DNA from: the human T2T-CHM13v2.0 reference genome, Homo sapiens
DNA length: 64,000 bases
Assembly (NCBI RefSeq): GCF_009914755.1
Contig: NC_060932.1
Direction: 5' to 3' (one strand)
The notes below the pieces were generated by a model. It was not told the DNA's origin. It saw only the letters and a list, made by a program, of their open reading frames with translations, and did not search any database. The position numbers and the translations under genes were made by a program. Within the stretch, counting starts at the first letter, position 1; every line of letters starts with the position of its first letter. Of this stretch, positions 1-16,159 are shown in pieces.

Positions 1-429
1 CAAATCAATTCGTATATATTACTTTAGATCTCTTTATAACGTTTTACTGCTTTCATTGTAGAGGTCTTACATATAAACTGTTTAGTTTTATTTCCATATA
101 CATAATATCCTTTCATGTTATAAACAGTTTCTCCTTGATTTGATAATCTAAATGTCTGCTGCACTTATAACAAATTTTCCATTGGTTTTGTGGGATTTCT
201 CTATACAAATAACCAGAAAGGGGAATCTGTGAGGAGTGGCTGTAATGTTGTGAGAGGAAATTTCTTCAGAGAAGAAATTCCTCGGGAGGAACTCAGATGT
301 TGGCCTTCACCAGGTGACACTCCCCGAAGCTGGGGGTATGTTAAGTACCTTCGTCCCAAAAGTGGGTGGGGACTTGGGTATCAACTACAACCTGGACAAG
401 ATAGTAGTCCAGGGTTACTATCCAGGTTA

Positions 430-1556
430 CTAAATAATAAGCAATATTGCATTCCAGGAGCAATTCCAGAGATTGACACCATCAAAGACGTAAAGGATAC
501 AGGATTGGGATCCCCTCTCATATCCCCATGCAATGTGCTGCATTTCTGACTCCTGCAAAAATCAGTTGGATTGTGGTGAATGATGGTTGACAGCAAAAAA
601 CATAACCAAGTATAGTTCAGAGCTATTTGTATTTTGCCGTTACTTTCAAAGGCAAAAACTGCAATTACTTTTGTACCAACCTAATACTACTGTGCCAGAT
701 GTGGCATCACCACCAGAAGGGACCAACACATGCTCTGGTCCTCATGTGCAGCTTGAGGTAAGCACGTTCCTCTCAATAGGAAGAAACAAGCAGTCCATCT
801 TCACATAACCAATGACATATTCTCTGTTTTGCACTCCATCTGTGCCAACTCTAGTCTTTGTTATAATTAGGTCACAGAGATCCTATTTATCGTAATACTT
901 TTCTGAACATCTGTCTTGATTCATTTTGCATTCCTCTAAAGGAATAACTGAGGCTGGGTAATTTATAAAGAAAGGAGGTTTATTTGGCTCACAGCTCTGA
1001 AGGCTATACAATCAGCACTGCTTCTAGTGAGGCCTCAGGAAGCTTCAGTTCAGGGCAGAAATGGAAGGGGAACAAGCATGACATGGCCATGGCAAGAGGA
1101 AGGAAGGAAGAGAGACGAAGGAGGAAGGTTCCAGCTCTTTTCGATAGTCAGATCTCATGGAAACCAATAGACTGGGAACTCACTCATTACTGCCAAGACA
1201 GCACAAAGCCATTCAGGAGAGATCTGCTCCCAGGACCCAAATATCTGCCACCAGGCCCCAGCTTCAACCCTGGAGATCACATTTCAACATGGGATTTGGA
1301 GGAGACAAATATACAAATATCAATGTCACTTGGATCCAATACCGATTAAACCATTATGCCTGGACCTAGAGTACAGTGTTGAGTACCCTCAGGCCAGAAG
1401 ATGTCAGTAAGATTCAGGTACTAAATTCACTGGTAAGTTCTAAGAGTTCAGTGGCTCAGGGCATACCTGAATATCATTTCTAAGATACCAGTTGTTCCAC
1501 CTCCCAAATCTTATCCTAAAAACAGAAATGGCATGTGGTAGACCTCTTTGGAGTTT
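430..1556 (+). mobile_element. ERV-L (HERV-L-like) internal pol/RT remnant, interrupted by an MST LTR
   Basis: Translation NNKQYCIPGAIPEIDTIKDVKDTG..SPCN..LQKSVGLW*MMVD and TVPDVASPPEGTNT follows ERV-L RT (KQYRIPGG..TIKDLKDAG..SPFNSP..QKTDGSWRMTVD; AVPDVVSLLEQINT). After 1322 the DNA resembles the KIQGP..VQW..IPSK..VGLFGFW region. Many stops and frameshifts. Confidence 0.85.
912..1322 (-). mobile_element. MaLR solo LTR (MSTA/MSTB-like)
   Basis: Starts tgtcttgattcattttgcatt..ctgggtaatttataaagaaa, ends ggagacaaatatacaaatatca. 5-bp TSD acatc/atgtc. Confidence 0.9.
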
Positions 1557-1564
1557 TATTGTTT

Positions 1565-1858
1565 TTAATATACTTTACTTTTTAGATCAGTTTTAGATTT
1601 GGAGAAAAATTACACAAAATGTAAAGAGAGTTCCCGTATACCCCCTCTCTCTGACACACTATTTTCTGTTATTAGGGCCTTGTGTTAGTGTCATACATTC
1701 ACTACAATTGATGAACCAATATTGATTTTTATTAATCACTAAGCTCAAAATTAACATTAAGATTCACTTTGTATTGTGCATTCTGTGGGTTTTGGCAAAT
1801 GTGGAGTAACATCCATTCACCATCACAGTATCACAGAGTAGAGTTTCACTGCCCTAAA
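1565..1858 (-). mobile_element. L1MC/L1MD-type 3' UTR fragment
   Basis: acaattgatgaaccaatattgat..ttctgtgggttttggcaaatgt..gtttcactgccctaaa. Confidence 0.75.
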
Positions 1859-2040
1859 TGCTTAAAAAGGATGGACTATGTTTTTATGAAGCATTAGCCA
1901 TTATTAATTACATAACCATTCTTTCATTACTGAGTGTTAATTCTTTCTGATATTATTTCAAACTAGGCTTCAGTGAACATTGTTGTACATTATGTAAACA
2001 CTTTTCCAAAATAGAAGGCTTAAAATGGAATTGTACATGT

Positions 2041-2176
2041 GTTTTTGGTTTTGTTAGACATGAGGGTCTCGCAATGTTTCCCAGGCTAAAATCAAACTCC
2101 TGTGGCTCAAGGGGATTTTTCCACCTCAGCCTCCTGAGTAGCTGAGACTACGGGCATGTGTCACAGTGCCTGGCTA
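2041..2176 (-). mobile_element. Alu monomer (FLAM-like)
   Basis: gggtctcgcaatgtttcccaggct..cctcagcctcctgagtagctgagactac; single arm only. Confidence 0.85.
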
Positions 2177-3194
2177 TGTTTCATTTTGACAGGTACTGAT
2201 ATTGCCAACATTCTCTTTGGAAAATATGAACCAATCTATGCACCCAGTATGAACACAGCCTGTCAACACTGGATGTTATTTTTTTGAAATGTGATACAGC
2301 AAATATGCATAGGTCAATTTGCCACAAAGTCGGTAACAATTTCATTAGATACTGTATGTATTCTGGTCCGTTTCTCTACGTATCTGTCCCTGTGTCAATA
2401 CCACATTATTTAAATATTGTAAGTACATGTTTAAATTGTGATTGTTTCTCCTTTTCTAAAATTTATTTCCTATTCTTTTGGTTATTTACCAGTCTAGATC
2501 AATTGTAAAGTTAGATGGCCAGGGGTCCATTAAAAAAATCCTTCGAAATCATATTAGCATCATGTGGAACCTATGATTTGGAAAAAATTAAAATTCTGAG
2601 GATATTCTACTTGTGAACATGATATACCTATTATTTGTGTTTCTGTACATTATAATTTACATGTATTCCAGCAAATGAATGTACGTCATCATTGGACCAA
2701 TGACAATGCTCTATGACCTTAGGTAACATATATATGCTCTATATCTTTATCTTCTTTGTATTAATACATTTTAGTCATCTATAACATGGATATAATACTA
2801 ACATAAAACTACATTTCTAAACTATTCCTACACCTCCAGACTCATTTTTAATGTTATTTATGCCATGTTACATTTTTTTCTTAATAAATTTGAAGAAGGT
2901 TTATCCATGTTATGGGTCCCTTTCGAAGTACCAGTTTTTTGTTTTATTTATCAAGAATGCCTTTTAATTGTTTTTTTTAAAATTAACTTTTGCTTTTATC
3001 TTTGGTAGTTCCTTATCTTTACTTTCTTTAGGTTTATTAGTCTCTATCATCTTGAACACTTAGTTCTAACACAGAGCTGTCTCGTTTATAGGAGTGATTT
3101 TCTGTAATTTTTGGCTATTTGCATGCATCTTATACATACATACGTATAGATTTTAATGCATTCATGTAATACAACTAATCTATGTTGTATGTAC

Positions 3195-3350
3195 CACTAT
3201 TATCCCAATTTTAGCAATAACAAAACAGATACTGTAACTTATCCAAGGTCACACAGTAAAATAAATGTCAAGTAAATGGCAGACCTGGAATTCAAAAGCA
3301 AGTTGTTTGGTTTCAGGATCCATGTGCTCAGCCACTGCATTATTCTGCCT
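3195..3350 (-). mobile_element. MIR
   Basis: Core aacttatccaaggtcacacag..aaatggcagacctggaattcaaa. Confidence 0.8.
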
Positions 3351-3834
3351 GTAAATACTGTCTTAGCTGCACCCTCCCCCTCAACACACAAGTTTTTATA
3401 TCAAATTAGGTCATTTTTACTAATGTCTAAAAAGTTGTTCACTTTATTTTTTTCCTTTTTAATGCTAGATGTATTTAAGGGTTTTCATTTTTTTGTTATT
3501 AATTCCAAAGAGATCTGGCAGGGAGATAATATTTTATGTTTGTTTTTACCAATCTTTGTTGTAATTACTAAGTTTATTACATTGTTTTAAGTGAATATCA
3601 AATATAAAATGTTTCCCTTTTGAAATATGGACTTACCTTTCTTGCCTATTACAATATTATTCATAGCAAATAGTGTTTAAAATGACTACTCTGCTGAACA
3701 GATATCACCCTTGCTAATTGTATCACTGACGAATTCGTATTATTGTGTTGTTTGTATGTGAATTTTTAATCAAGTATATTTTTCTTTTACTCCAATCGTG
3801 ACTTTCATACTGTATTCTAATAGTATCTGGTATA

Positions 3835-6453
<2,619 letters not shown>

Positions 6454-6479
6454 CATAGATTTGCAATCTACATAGTTTA

Positions 6480-7900
6480 ATTAAAATTGATGACTCTTAG
6501 TTTTGAAGTACATTTAAGATTTTCATCATGAAATATCTTTAACCACGTTAAGGGCTTTGGGTTTTGCTTTTTATTCCTGTATTATCACTATTGTTTTCCC
6601 ATTTGTTTGTATTTGTCTTAAGGAAAAAAAAAATTTTTCATTTATTTCCAAAAGTTCTCTAACATAATTTATTTTAAGTATATTTCTTACACACTGTCAC
6701 TGAAATTTTTTTACTGATCCTTTTGTTTTACTGTGGAATTTAATTCACGTATATTATTTTGGTTACAAATATAAACTTGTTTCTTTCCTTAACTTCCATT
6801 TTCCCCCATATGACACCCCTAGTAGATAACATATAATACGACTTCAAGATTCATCTTTATACCTTTAATCTTACATTTATAACTTATATTTTCTTTTTGC
6901 TCTACAGTCTGAGGCAATTCCTCGGTATCTTCTAGAGTACTTTTTGTCCAATATATCCATTTTGTATCCCACGTATTGATTTTTTAAAGAAATAACATGC
7001 TTAATTTCGAAGGCTAACTCTTCTTGTTATCTGAATTATTCCTTTTTAATGGCATCCTTTTCATTGTATGGAAGTACAATCCTGTCAAATGTCTTCAAAA
7101 GTATTAACTTCTCTGCTGATCCCTGAATTCTCTCTTTTCTATCTGGAATCAGCCTATTTTTTTCATTTTTGGCTTACATTTAATGAACTTGGTTCTCTTC
7201 AACAACTTGATCATCCTCCTTTTTTCCCACTTTAATAGGCCTAACCTTCCTTATCTAAGAAGATGAATAAGCTGCCTCTGAGGTTATGTGAGTTGGTTTT
7301 CTCAACTGATATCTTTCTGGATTTGGACTGCTTCCTCTTAGTGCACGTGGGAGGGAAGTCAGCACCTAGGTTCTAATTCCAGATGGCCCAAAGGATGAAA
7401 TATTTATCCTAGACTTCAAGGATTAGAGTGAATTTCATTCCTTGGTAGACTTGACAGTCAGGGCCTCCTTTCATTTCTTCTTTTCCATATTTATTATGAA
7501 GGTCTTGAATTATCCCAATTTCTGGCCTGAATTCCCTCAAGCTCATATACTCAAAATCAAGCAGATGGTTCACTTTTTCTCTGCAGTTTTTCTTTTGTGG
7601 GCTTATGTGACATACATGCATGTTACCAGGGAGAGATAAAAGACTGACTTCTGGTCCAACTCCTGCAAATTCAGTTACTTAATCAGTTATTCCACAGATC
7701 ACCTTGGGGGTAACTTCCTGCTCTTTTTGTTTTTCTGTCCGATCATGGTATTTCTCTGAATTTGCTCCTAGGTTACAGCAGTTTTTCAGCTTGTGTTATG
7801 AACCAATGTATCACTGCTTCTATTCCACTTGGTTTGTTTATGTTCCAAAAAATTCTCTTTATTTTGTTCCACAGTGGTAGACCTTCTTGTAAAGAGTCAA
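6480..7900 (-). mobile_element. Very old L1/HAL1-like fragments
   Basis: T-rich strand bias and weak antisense ORF1-like motifs; boundaries uncertain. Confidence 0.4.
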
Positions 7901-8290
7901 ATTCTTTAAAATATTAAGAAAATACAAGCAGAAATAACCTTTGGGCATTTGGTAATATCAAGCTACATGAGGCTCAGATCAGAGATGCTGAAGCGTGAAT
8001 AACAGCAGAGACAAAGTAATGAGAATAGTTGAGAGTGAGAGTAGAAAAAGATAAAAATAGGAACAAGGATAGAGGCCTGGAAAAGTCCAAAAACAGAGAG
8101 GAAAGGGGTACTTATAAAAGAGATGGGAAAAAATGACCCAGGCAGGAAGAAAGCCAAAACAGAACAACATTAAAAAAAAGAATATTAATGTATTCATTTA
8201 TAGCAATAAAGAAATGTAAGCTTTAGAATATAAACAAGGCAGGAGACATTTTTAGGGGGAATTCCTGTTCAATGATTGTAAATGCCTTAG

Positions 8291-8402
8291 AGCTGTGGTT
8301 CTCAAACCTTCACATGCCAAGTAATTGGGGAGGCTTGTTAAATTACAGATTCATAAGAGCCAGGTGTTGCTGACGCTGCTGGTTGAAGGACAAGAACCAC
8401 TG
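8291..8402. mobile_element. MER5A-like hAT MITE (internally deleted)
   Basis: gtggttctcaaac left end, gctgacgctgctggt, agaaccactg right end. Confidence 0.75.
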
Positions 8403-9099
8403 CAATGTAGAGAGGGTGAAGCTGTGGATTTTCCAAAGCACATTGGGTCTAACAAGTTGGAAGACCTAGGTCACTGAGAGCGCAATATCCATAGAGCGGG
8501 TGGATGGGAGTCAGAATGAATGCAAGGATAGAGGGTCAGGACATGCAGGGAGCCCAGAAGCAAAAGGGAAAAATGAGACTGTGCAATTGTAGTGGCTTAA
8601 TTCAGCCCCACGCTTAAATTCCTTTGGTACATTAGAATCCTTGGATATTCAAATGAATCCGTTCTCTGCCTCTTTACAGAAGGATAAAAGGAGTAAAATT
8701 GAGTTAAGGGAATGTGGTTATATCCCAAATACAGTGATCTGGATGGAAACGTTGGATGGGGAAAAGGAAGGAAGTTTCTGCAGGTGGTGGTAGAGAAGAA
8801 AGGGAGATGGGATGAGGCCCAGGTTTCTGGTTCTGATTCCTGAGTGAGAGGAACACAGGTCAATTAAGCCCATGTTTGTCGGAAAACTTAATACAATAAA
8901 ATTATTTTGAGTAGTAAAGGTGAAGTCATATAGTCCAAGAAGATTAAGATAACCCAATAGCAATAACGGTAACAGATATAACTGCAGTAAACCAAAAGAA
9001 TATTGTGACTTATGAAACCATAGATAAGAATGCAATTATTTTAATAAGAATATAATCAATATTTTTTTGACTATCAAACAGGAGACAATATATCTAGAT

Positions 9100-9280
9100 T
9101 TGTAAATTCAGACCCTAACTTGCGACCTATAGCAAGTTTTAAAGTTTTTGACTTTTCACTACCTTATTTGTAAAATGAGAGTTATAACTTATTTTCAGGT
9201 TTCTTGTAACGATTACAGATCCTATAAAAAAAAAATAGACTATGTCTGGTGTAATTTAGATGCTCACTGAGGAATAGTCA
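9100..9280 (+). mobile_element. MIR
   Basis: ccttatttgtaaaatgagagttataac..tcttgtaacgatta. Confidence 0.6.
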
Positions 9281-10444
9281 TTGCATTATTTTTACAATTT
9301 TCATTATTACTTTTATTAGTTTATTATTAATAGCAATTTGTGGCCACATTTCACTCCTCACCTCGCCAACACTCTCGTTTAAGATAATGCCTTTGGTTAA
9401 AAGGACAGACATGCCAGAGGGTGAGGAGACAGGAAAAGAGAGAAACCACTGACCAGCTTCAATGAGCCCCTGTCAATGGCCAGGTCCACAGAGCCCACTT
9501 TTGGCCTTTCCAATCTTTGATTCCCAATTGGCTGTTCTTGCAACATCTACCCTACTCTAAATAAAATGTCAAAGTCAGTCTGGAATTCAGTGTTCCCTGG
9601 ATATCACAACACCTGCTTTCAGTCCCCTGTGCTCTCGGAGACACACCGTTCACACATGTGAAGTATGCCTTTCCCTAGAGAGGGTACCATCTATTCATTT
9701 CCGAATTATCAATGCCATTAACCTTTGAGGCCTACACAAATTAACCCGTTGTTTGGAGCCAACTGCTTCCTGCTAACACTTATGAATTTTCAAATAGCCA
9801 AGTGACATTTTTAAAGCAGTCAGGAATCATCTAGGCCATGGTAGTAGGGGATACCTCTGCACTCTCGCCTCCGTTTGCAGCTTCTGATTTATACAGGAGC
9901 AGAAGGGTCTCCTGGGAAAATGCTTCAAAGTCTCCATGTGTCTACGAAGCTAACTCCTACAATAGACATGAGAGGCAACAGAGGGAAAATGTCGAGGAGT
10001 GACCGCTGGGCTTCTGAAAGCAAATTCCTCCCAAGTGAAGAAGGCACAAGAAAGTGGACTTGGCAATGGCCAGGAGAGAAAGAGCAGACCGTGGGGTGGC
10101 ATGGCCACTCTTACTCATCCCATCCAGAGCACCCCAGTGCAGTGCTTATGCCTTGAGTGGGGAGGGGCCATGTAAAAGATACCCCATTTTACCTCATACA
10201 CCAGCAGCCTTCATATGCAAGCCTCTAGAAATTAGGAGCCAGGAGAGACAAGCTTATGTGCTTCAAAGCAGCTAACCATTTACTCTGGAGTAGAGCATGG
10301 ATTCAAATGGCAGAGCTTAAAGGCAGAAGCCATGCATTTATTACTCAAATGCGGTGTTTGTTAGGAAAAAAGTAGTATCAGTGTAAAATAAATGCAAGCT
10401 GGAAAGTTGAGTAGTCTTTTAAGAACAGCATCAGAGGAAGTATC

Positions 10445-11300
10445 ATTATCAGCTTGTTCATGATACAGTGACAAACACCTTCAAATCTCAGTGGCTTCAA
10501 GTTTCTCACTCAGATTACATGCTTTTCTTGGGTTGGCTGGAGGCCCCATCCCAATTCTCCCTCAAGATAGAAGCCAGGCCAACAGAGAGACCATTATAAT
10601 AATCTAGAACAGCAGTCCCCAACCATTTTGGCACCAGGGACCTGTTTTGTGGAAGACAATTTTTACACAGACCAGCGAAGGAGATGATATTCAGATAATT
10701 CAAGCGCATTACATTGATTGTGGACTTTATTTCTATTGTTATTACGTTGTAATATATAATGAAATAATTACACAACTCACCATAATGTAGAATCAGTGGG
10801 AGCCCTGAGCTTGTTTTCCTGCAACTAGACAATCCCATCTGGGGGTGATGGGAGACAGTGACAGATCATCAGGCATTCAATTCTCATAAGGAACGTGCAA
10901 CCCAGATCCCTCACACGCACAGTTCACAATAGGGTTCCCAATCCTGTTAAAATCTAATGCCACTGCTGATCCCACAAAAGGCGGAGATCAGGCAGTAACG
11001 CGAGTGATGGGGAGCAGCAGCTATAAATACAGGTGAAGCTTCACTTCCTTGTCATCCACTCACCTCCTGTTGTGTGGCCTGGTTCCTAACAGGCTACAAA
11101 CTGGTAATGGTCTGTGGCCCACTGGGGACTCCTGATCTAGAATGTTTCCTGTTAAAATGCCTGAGAGAAACAATAGCGTGAAGAAGCTCAAACCGCGTGT
11201 GCAGCCCATGGAGCCTCCTGGAAAATTGGAGTCTACCATACACACAGGGGCAGATGGCCCAGAGGAACACGTGGGGCCAGGAGGAGTGAGATGTGGGTCA
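10445..11300 (-). mobile_element. Old MaLR LTR (MLT1K/L-like), split by MER1A
   Basis: caaacaccttcaaatctcagtggctt..ttggctggaggccc..ccaggc; degraded. Confidence 0.55.
10610..11134 (-). mobile_element. MER1A (hAT-Charlie)
   Basis: Ends cagcagtccccaacc and ggggactcctg; perfect 8-bp TSD atctagaa (10602-10609, 11135-11142). Confidence 0.95.
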
Positions 11301-11438
11301 TAATGGCTGTATGACTCCATTTGCTCTAACAGGCCAGTTCTTACAGTTACTAGATGAAATGCTTATATAGTAGTAGCTCTATGACAGGTCCTCATAAACA
11401 CTAGGGGGGTCAGAAGGCCTTAAAATAGGGCCTGCAGT

Positions 11439-11740
11439 GGCCGGGCACGGTGGCTTAAGCCTGTAATCCCAGCCCTTTGGGAGGCCGAGGCGGGCGGATC
11501 ACGAGGTCAGGAGTTCGACTAGCCTGACCAACGTGGTGAAACCCCGTCTCTACTAAAAATACAAAAATTAGCCAGGTGTGGTGGCACATGCCTGTAATCC
11601 CAGCTGCTCAGGAGGATGAGGCAGGAGAATCACTTGAACCTAGGAGACAGAGGTTGTGGTGAGCTGAGATCACACCACTGCACTCCAGCCTGGGGGACAG
11701 AGCAACACTCAGTCTCAAAAAAAAAAAAAAAAAAAAAAAA
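11439..11740 (+). mobile_element. AluS (Sg-like)
   Basis: ggatcacgagg deletion with gagttcga; TSD aaaatagggcctgca. Confidence 0.95.
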
Positions 11741-12148
11741 AATAGGGCCTGCAATTACAGCTGTGATGCCAAAAGGCTACTACAGAACATTTACATGAGG
11801 GTGTGACTTACTGGTGCAGAGAGACAGGGAGGAATAACCACACCCAAACCTTTCCTGGGTGACTAAAAATAAAATGAGTTCTCTCTCACAGGGCTGCAGT
11901 ACAGCTCACAAAATCGACCATATAAAGTTGTTTCTGGCTGTCACTTTGAGTAGAGTGGGATTCTCCACCACCCCACTCACTCCTACAGGGCACACCCTTC
12001 AGGCCTCCTGAACTGCAGCATCAGCTGCCTGACTGAGCTACCTGCAGACAGGCAGACTGCTTCCGGTCACAGCCTCTTGTGCACCTTCCCAAGGCTGCTG
12101 CTCCCAAGTCACACAACAGATATAGTTTCAACCCTACCAAACACCTTA

Positions 12149-12462
<314 letters not shown>

Positions 12463-13169
12463 AAACACCTTACATGCCTTCTGAATAGGATTTAACTTTT
12501 GTTAAACTAGATCCTCAACTGCAAAATGGAAATAATTTTATCCGCTTCAGAGAGCTGCTGAAAGGCTTGTAGTTGCTGGGTATAGAGTCTGACGATATGC
12601 AGTTGCTATCCAATAAATATTCATTCCCACACTTCACCAATTCCTGGTTTTCCAGTGCTCCCTCTCATTGAAGTTGAGGTGCTCTGATGTTGTCCTCTAT
12701 TCTCAGAATTTTATAGAGCATCTTACAGTTAAATGGCTTTGCCCAGCACACTGGCTCTTGGAATTGAGAGCCCCATCTCATTAGCGAGTAAACTCATCTG
12801 AAGCTTAGCGAGCAACAGGACTCTGCTCCCTCCATCCAGACAGACTCAAAACTGCAAGCCTGAGGTGGAACATGCTAAGTGCCGGTTGGTTCCCAAATAA
12901 TCCTACCTGAAGCTTCTACACGATTCTAGAGATGGAGTTTTGCTTGCTGATGACACTGAAAAATCATGTGAAAAGAAAATAGGAACTTAGCTCTGCCTGA
13001 GCATTTCAGCCTTTGTGTGCTGCTTTTTTAGATAAGGAAATGGGCAGAGCCATGTGAATGCTGTTGGCCAGAGGCCAGGGAACGTCAGAGAAACTTGAAA
13101 TGGAGCCCAGAAACTGAATCCGAAGGGGCGCCCCTGCGCAAAGGACTAGCTTAGCAGCCTGCAGAAGGG

Positions 13170-13310
13170 CCAGGAGCCATCATTTTGGGAAACCTCAAAG
13201 GCCCATGGAATTGTAGTCAGAAGCTTGCGTCTATGTGCATTTTCTGAGAAAGGATTTTATCTCTTTTATCAGATTCTCAGAACGACCCATGATTCAAAGC
13301 CAAAGAGGAA
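13170..13310. mobile_element. Old hAT-Charlie MITE fragment
   Basis: cattttctgagaaagg..ttttatcagattctcagaacgacccatga resembles the Charlie-type TTTCATCAGATTCTCAAAGGGGTCCGTGACCC end. Confidence 0.5.
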
Positions 13311-13514
13311 AACAAAGAAGTGAAGAATTGGAATTCAAACCTTTGGAAAAGCAGAACAAGTCTAACACCCACTTCTGCATGTTCAAACTTGATTAAATTC
13401 ATTATATATTTTAGAATAATTAACTCTCTCTGGTTTGAAATAACTATGGTCTTCAGCCACGCTCACCATTCTCCATCAAAATGTTGGCCCAAAATTTACT
13501 TGCCTACAGTGTTA

Positions 13515-13800
13515 ATTTTTAATGTTTATTAATGCCTAATATTTGTGCACTGTATGGGTATATGTGATATTCTGTTACATGCATAGAATGTGAAATGATC
13601 AAGTCAGGGTATTTGGAGTGTCCATCACATCGATGGTTTATCATTTCTATGTATTGGGAACATTTCAAGTCCTCTCTTCCAGCTATTTTGAAATATATAT
13701 TGTTGCTAACTAGTTAGCCTACTCTGCTCTCAAACCTGGGAACCTATTCCTTCTAACTGTATGTTTGTACCCATTAACCAACTTCTCTTCATCCTCTACA
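13515..13800 (-). mobile_element. L1MA 3' end fragment
   Basis: aatgatcaagtcagggtattt..ttgggaacatttcaagtcctctcttccagctattttgaaata. Confidence 0.9.
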
Positions 13801-14508
13801 CACACACCGGCTTTTCAACTTGCTTACAACTAACACTTCCGCTAAATCAAGCTATTTTTTCCTCTTCTTTTTCCTTCTTTTGATATCGACGTGTGTTGTC
13901 ACACACCAATCCTGGTGGAGTAAGACCTTTAGGTTTCAGTACTTGAGCCACTTTTTGCCTTTTGCTGAGGTCCTTCCATTGCCCAATACTGAGGGGCCCT
14001 CTGTGTCTGGGAACTGAGTTCAAAGATGTCATCTCCCTGTTCCACTATACAGTTGCCCCTCCTGGCATTTCAAAAACCACACTGGTCACAGCCAAATTTT
14101 CAAATAATCAGCTACCTAATGTTACCTGATTATGAAGAAATTGTTTATTCTTCTACCTTTTTTTTCCTCTCCATGTGTGCATCAACTAGGATTTAATTCA
14201 TCACAACGGTTCCTTTCTTCCTTATTTCCAATCTTGACCTTGTCCTTGACATCACACTCAACATACACATTAGCTTACAATGAGACATATTTATAGAGTG
14301 ACTCTTGTATACCAGAGGGACATTCTACAACTAAGCGTTGTGTCATTCACATCCTGGAAAAACAAAATCCCAGGCCATTAGGGTATTTCCATCTAAAAAA
14401 CACATGATGGCAGTTTCACAGACCATTAATACAAAGAAGAATGTGAATGTATTATAAGAACTATGCAGGTGAATCCTCTGCTGGTTTTAAGGAAGAAATA
14501 ATGCCCAG

Positions 14509-15620
14509 TGTGATATTGTGAGATACACACAGTCATGCACAGCATAGCGACTTCTGTCAACTATGTCAACTATGGACCACATCTACAAGGGTGGTTCCAT
14601 AAAATCATAATAGAGCCAAAAACTTCCTACCATCTAGTGACTTCATAGCCGTCATATTATAGTGCAATGTATTACCTTTTCTATGTTTAGATACACAAAT
14701 ACCATTGTGTTACAACTGCCTACAGCATTTCAGTATAGTCACATGCTATACGGGTTTGTAGCCTGGGAGCAATAGGCTATGCCATAGAGCCTAGGCATGC
14801 AGTAGGCTGTAGCATCTAGATGTGTGTAAGTGCACTCTATGATGTTCACATAAGGATGAAAATACCTAATGATAAGCCTGTCTTTTGTAGCCAATGAGAT
14901 AACTGGTGGCTGGGCTTTCCAAGACAGCCTCAAGATGGAGGGTAGTCCCTGGAAAGACCAAGGCATGAGTAGAGAGTTGGAATTTTCAGCCTTACCTTCC
15001 AGCCTAAGGGAAGGGGATAGAAACTGATGGTTGAGTTGCTCACCAATGGCCACTGATTTTATCAGTTATGCCAACTTAATGAAGCTTCCATAAAACCCCC
15101 CCAAAAAACAGGGGAGCTTCCAAGCAGCTGAACATGGGGAATCCCAGAGAATGCATGGAAGTTCCATAGGTCTTCTCACATACCTCGTCTTGTCCATGTC
15201 TTCCGACTGGCTATTCATCTGTGTCCTTTGTAATATCATTTATAATGAATGGGTGAGAAGAGTAAGTCAAGTGTTTCCCAGAGTTCTCTGGGCTGCTCTA
15301 GCAAGTTAATGAAACCCAAAGAAGGGGTCATAAGAATCCCCAATTTATAGCCGATTGATCAGAAGTATAGGTGACCATCTCCTCCTTGCAACTGGCATCT
15401 GATAGGGAGGGCAGTCTTGTGGGGCTGAGCCCTCAACTTGTGAGGTGGGTGCTAACCCCAGGTAGTCAATGTGAGAATTAAACTGAATGAGAGGACACCC
15501 AGCTGATGTCCCCTTGGTTGGTGGGAAAATCCCCCCACACATCTGGTGTCAGAAGTGTTGTACTGAGGGACGTGTGAGGGACAGGTAAAGGAAACACACA
15601 CGTTTGGTTTTCTCAAATCC
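14509..15620 (+). mobile_element. MER21B/C-like LTR, interrupted by Tigger3a
   Basis: Starts tgtgatattgtgagata; resumes at about 14870 with gtcttttgtagccaatgagataactggtggctggg..gaaagaccaaggcatga..caccaatggcc. Confidence 0.85.
14530..14873 (+). mobile_element. Tigger3a/MER7A, right TIR missing
   Basis: cagtcatgc left TIR; ggagcaataggctat..aagtgcactctatgatgttc; ends at cctaatgat. Confidence 0.9.
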
Positions 15621-16159
15621 TTACTCCCGGTTAAACAGAATTAGAAAAGACTTCCTAGAGGAGATATTATGGCCCAGCCTTGGAAAGTAGCAGGAAATGT
15701 CAGGTAATAGGTCAGTAGTTGTGTTAGGCTGTATCTTATGTTTTATTTAGGGAACTTGTGAAAATCATACCATAAAGGTAGACGGGCACCATCACATGAA
15801 CTTCCTGGCCAGAAAGTTTAATAAATTCACTCTGCTTGTTAGTAGGTGATTAATTTGATCTCTTAATAATAAATATGCTCTTCAGCATTCTCCTTGCTCA
15901 ATCCTTAATGAACCCATAGCTAACCAAGGGACATCGAAACGAGGTCTTCCATGAATGGGATTTCTTGCCTCACTAACATGAGACTTTTCAAGTGCTCTCA
16001 TATGGCGGGGCTTGTAAATCTTTCTAAACCGCATCAAACACTTGCACTGGGGTCATGATTCCCTCCATCCGTGACCTTATGATTTCTTTCCCACGTGGCT
16101 CTGTGTTGCCGTTTGGCTCTGGATTTTGCCGCTGGGTTTACGTTGGGTGCTACCCTTTC

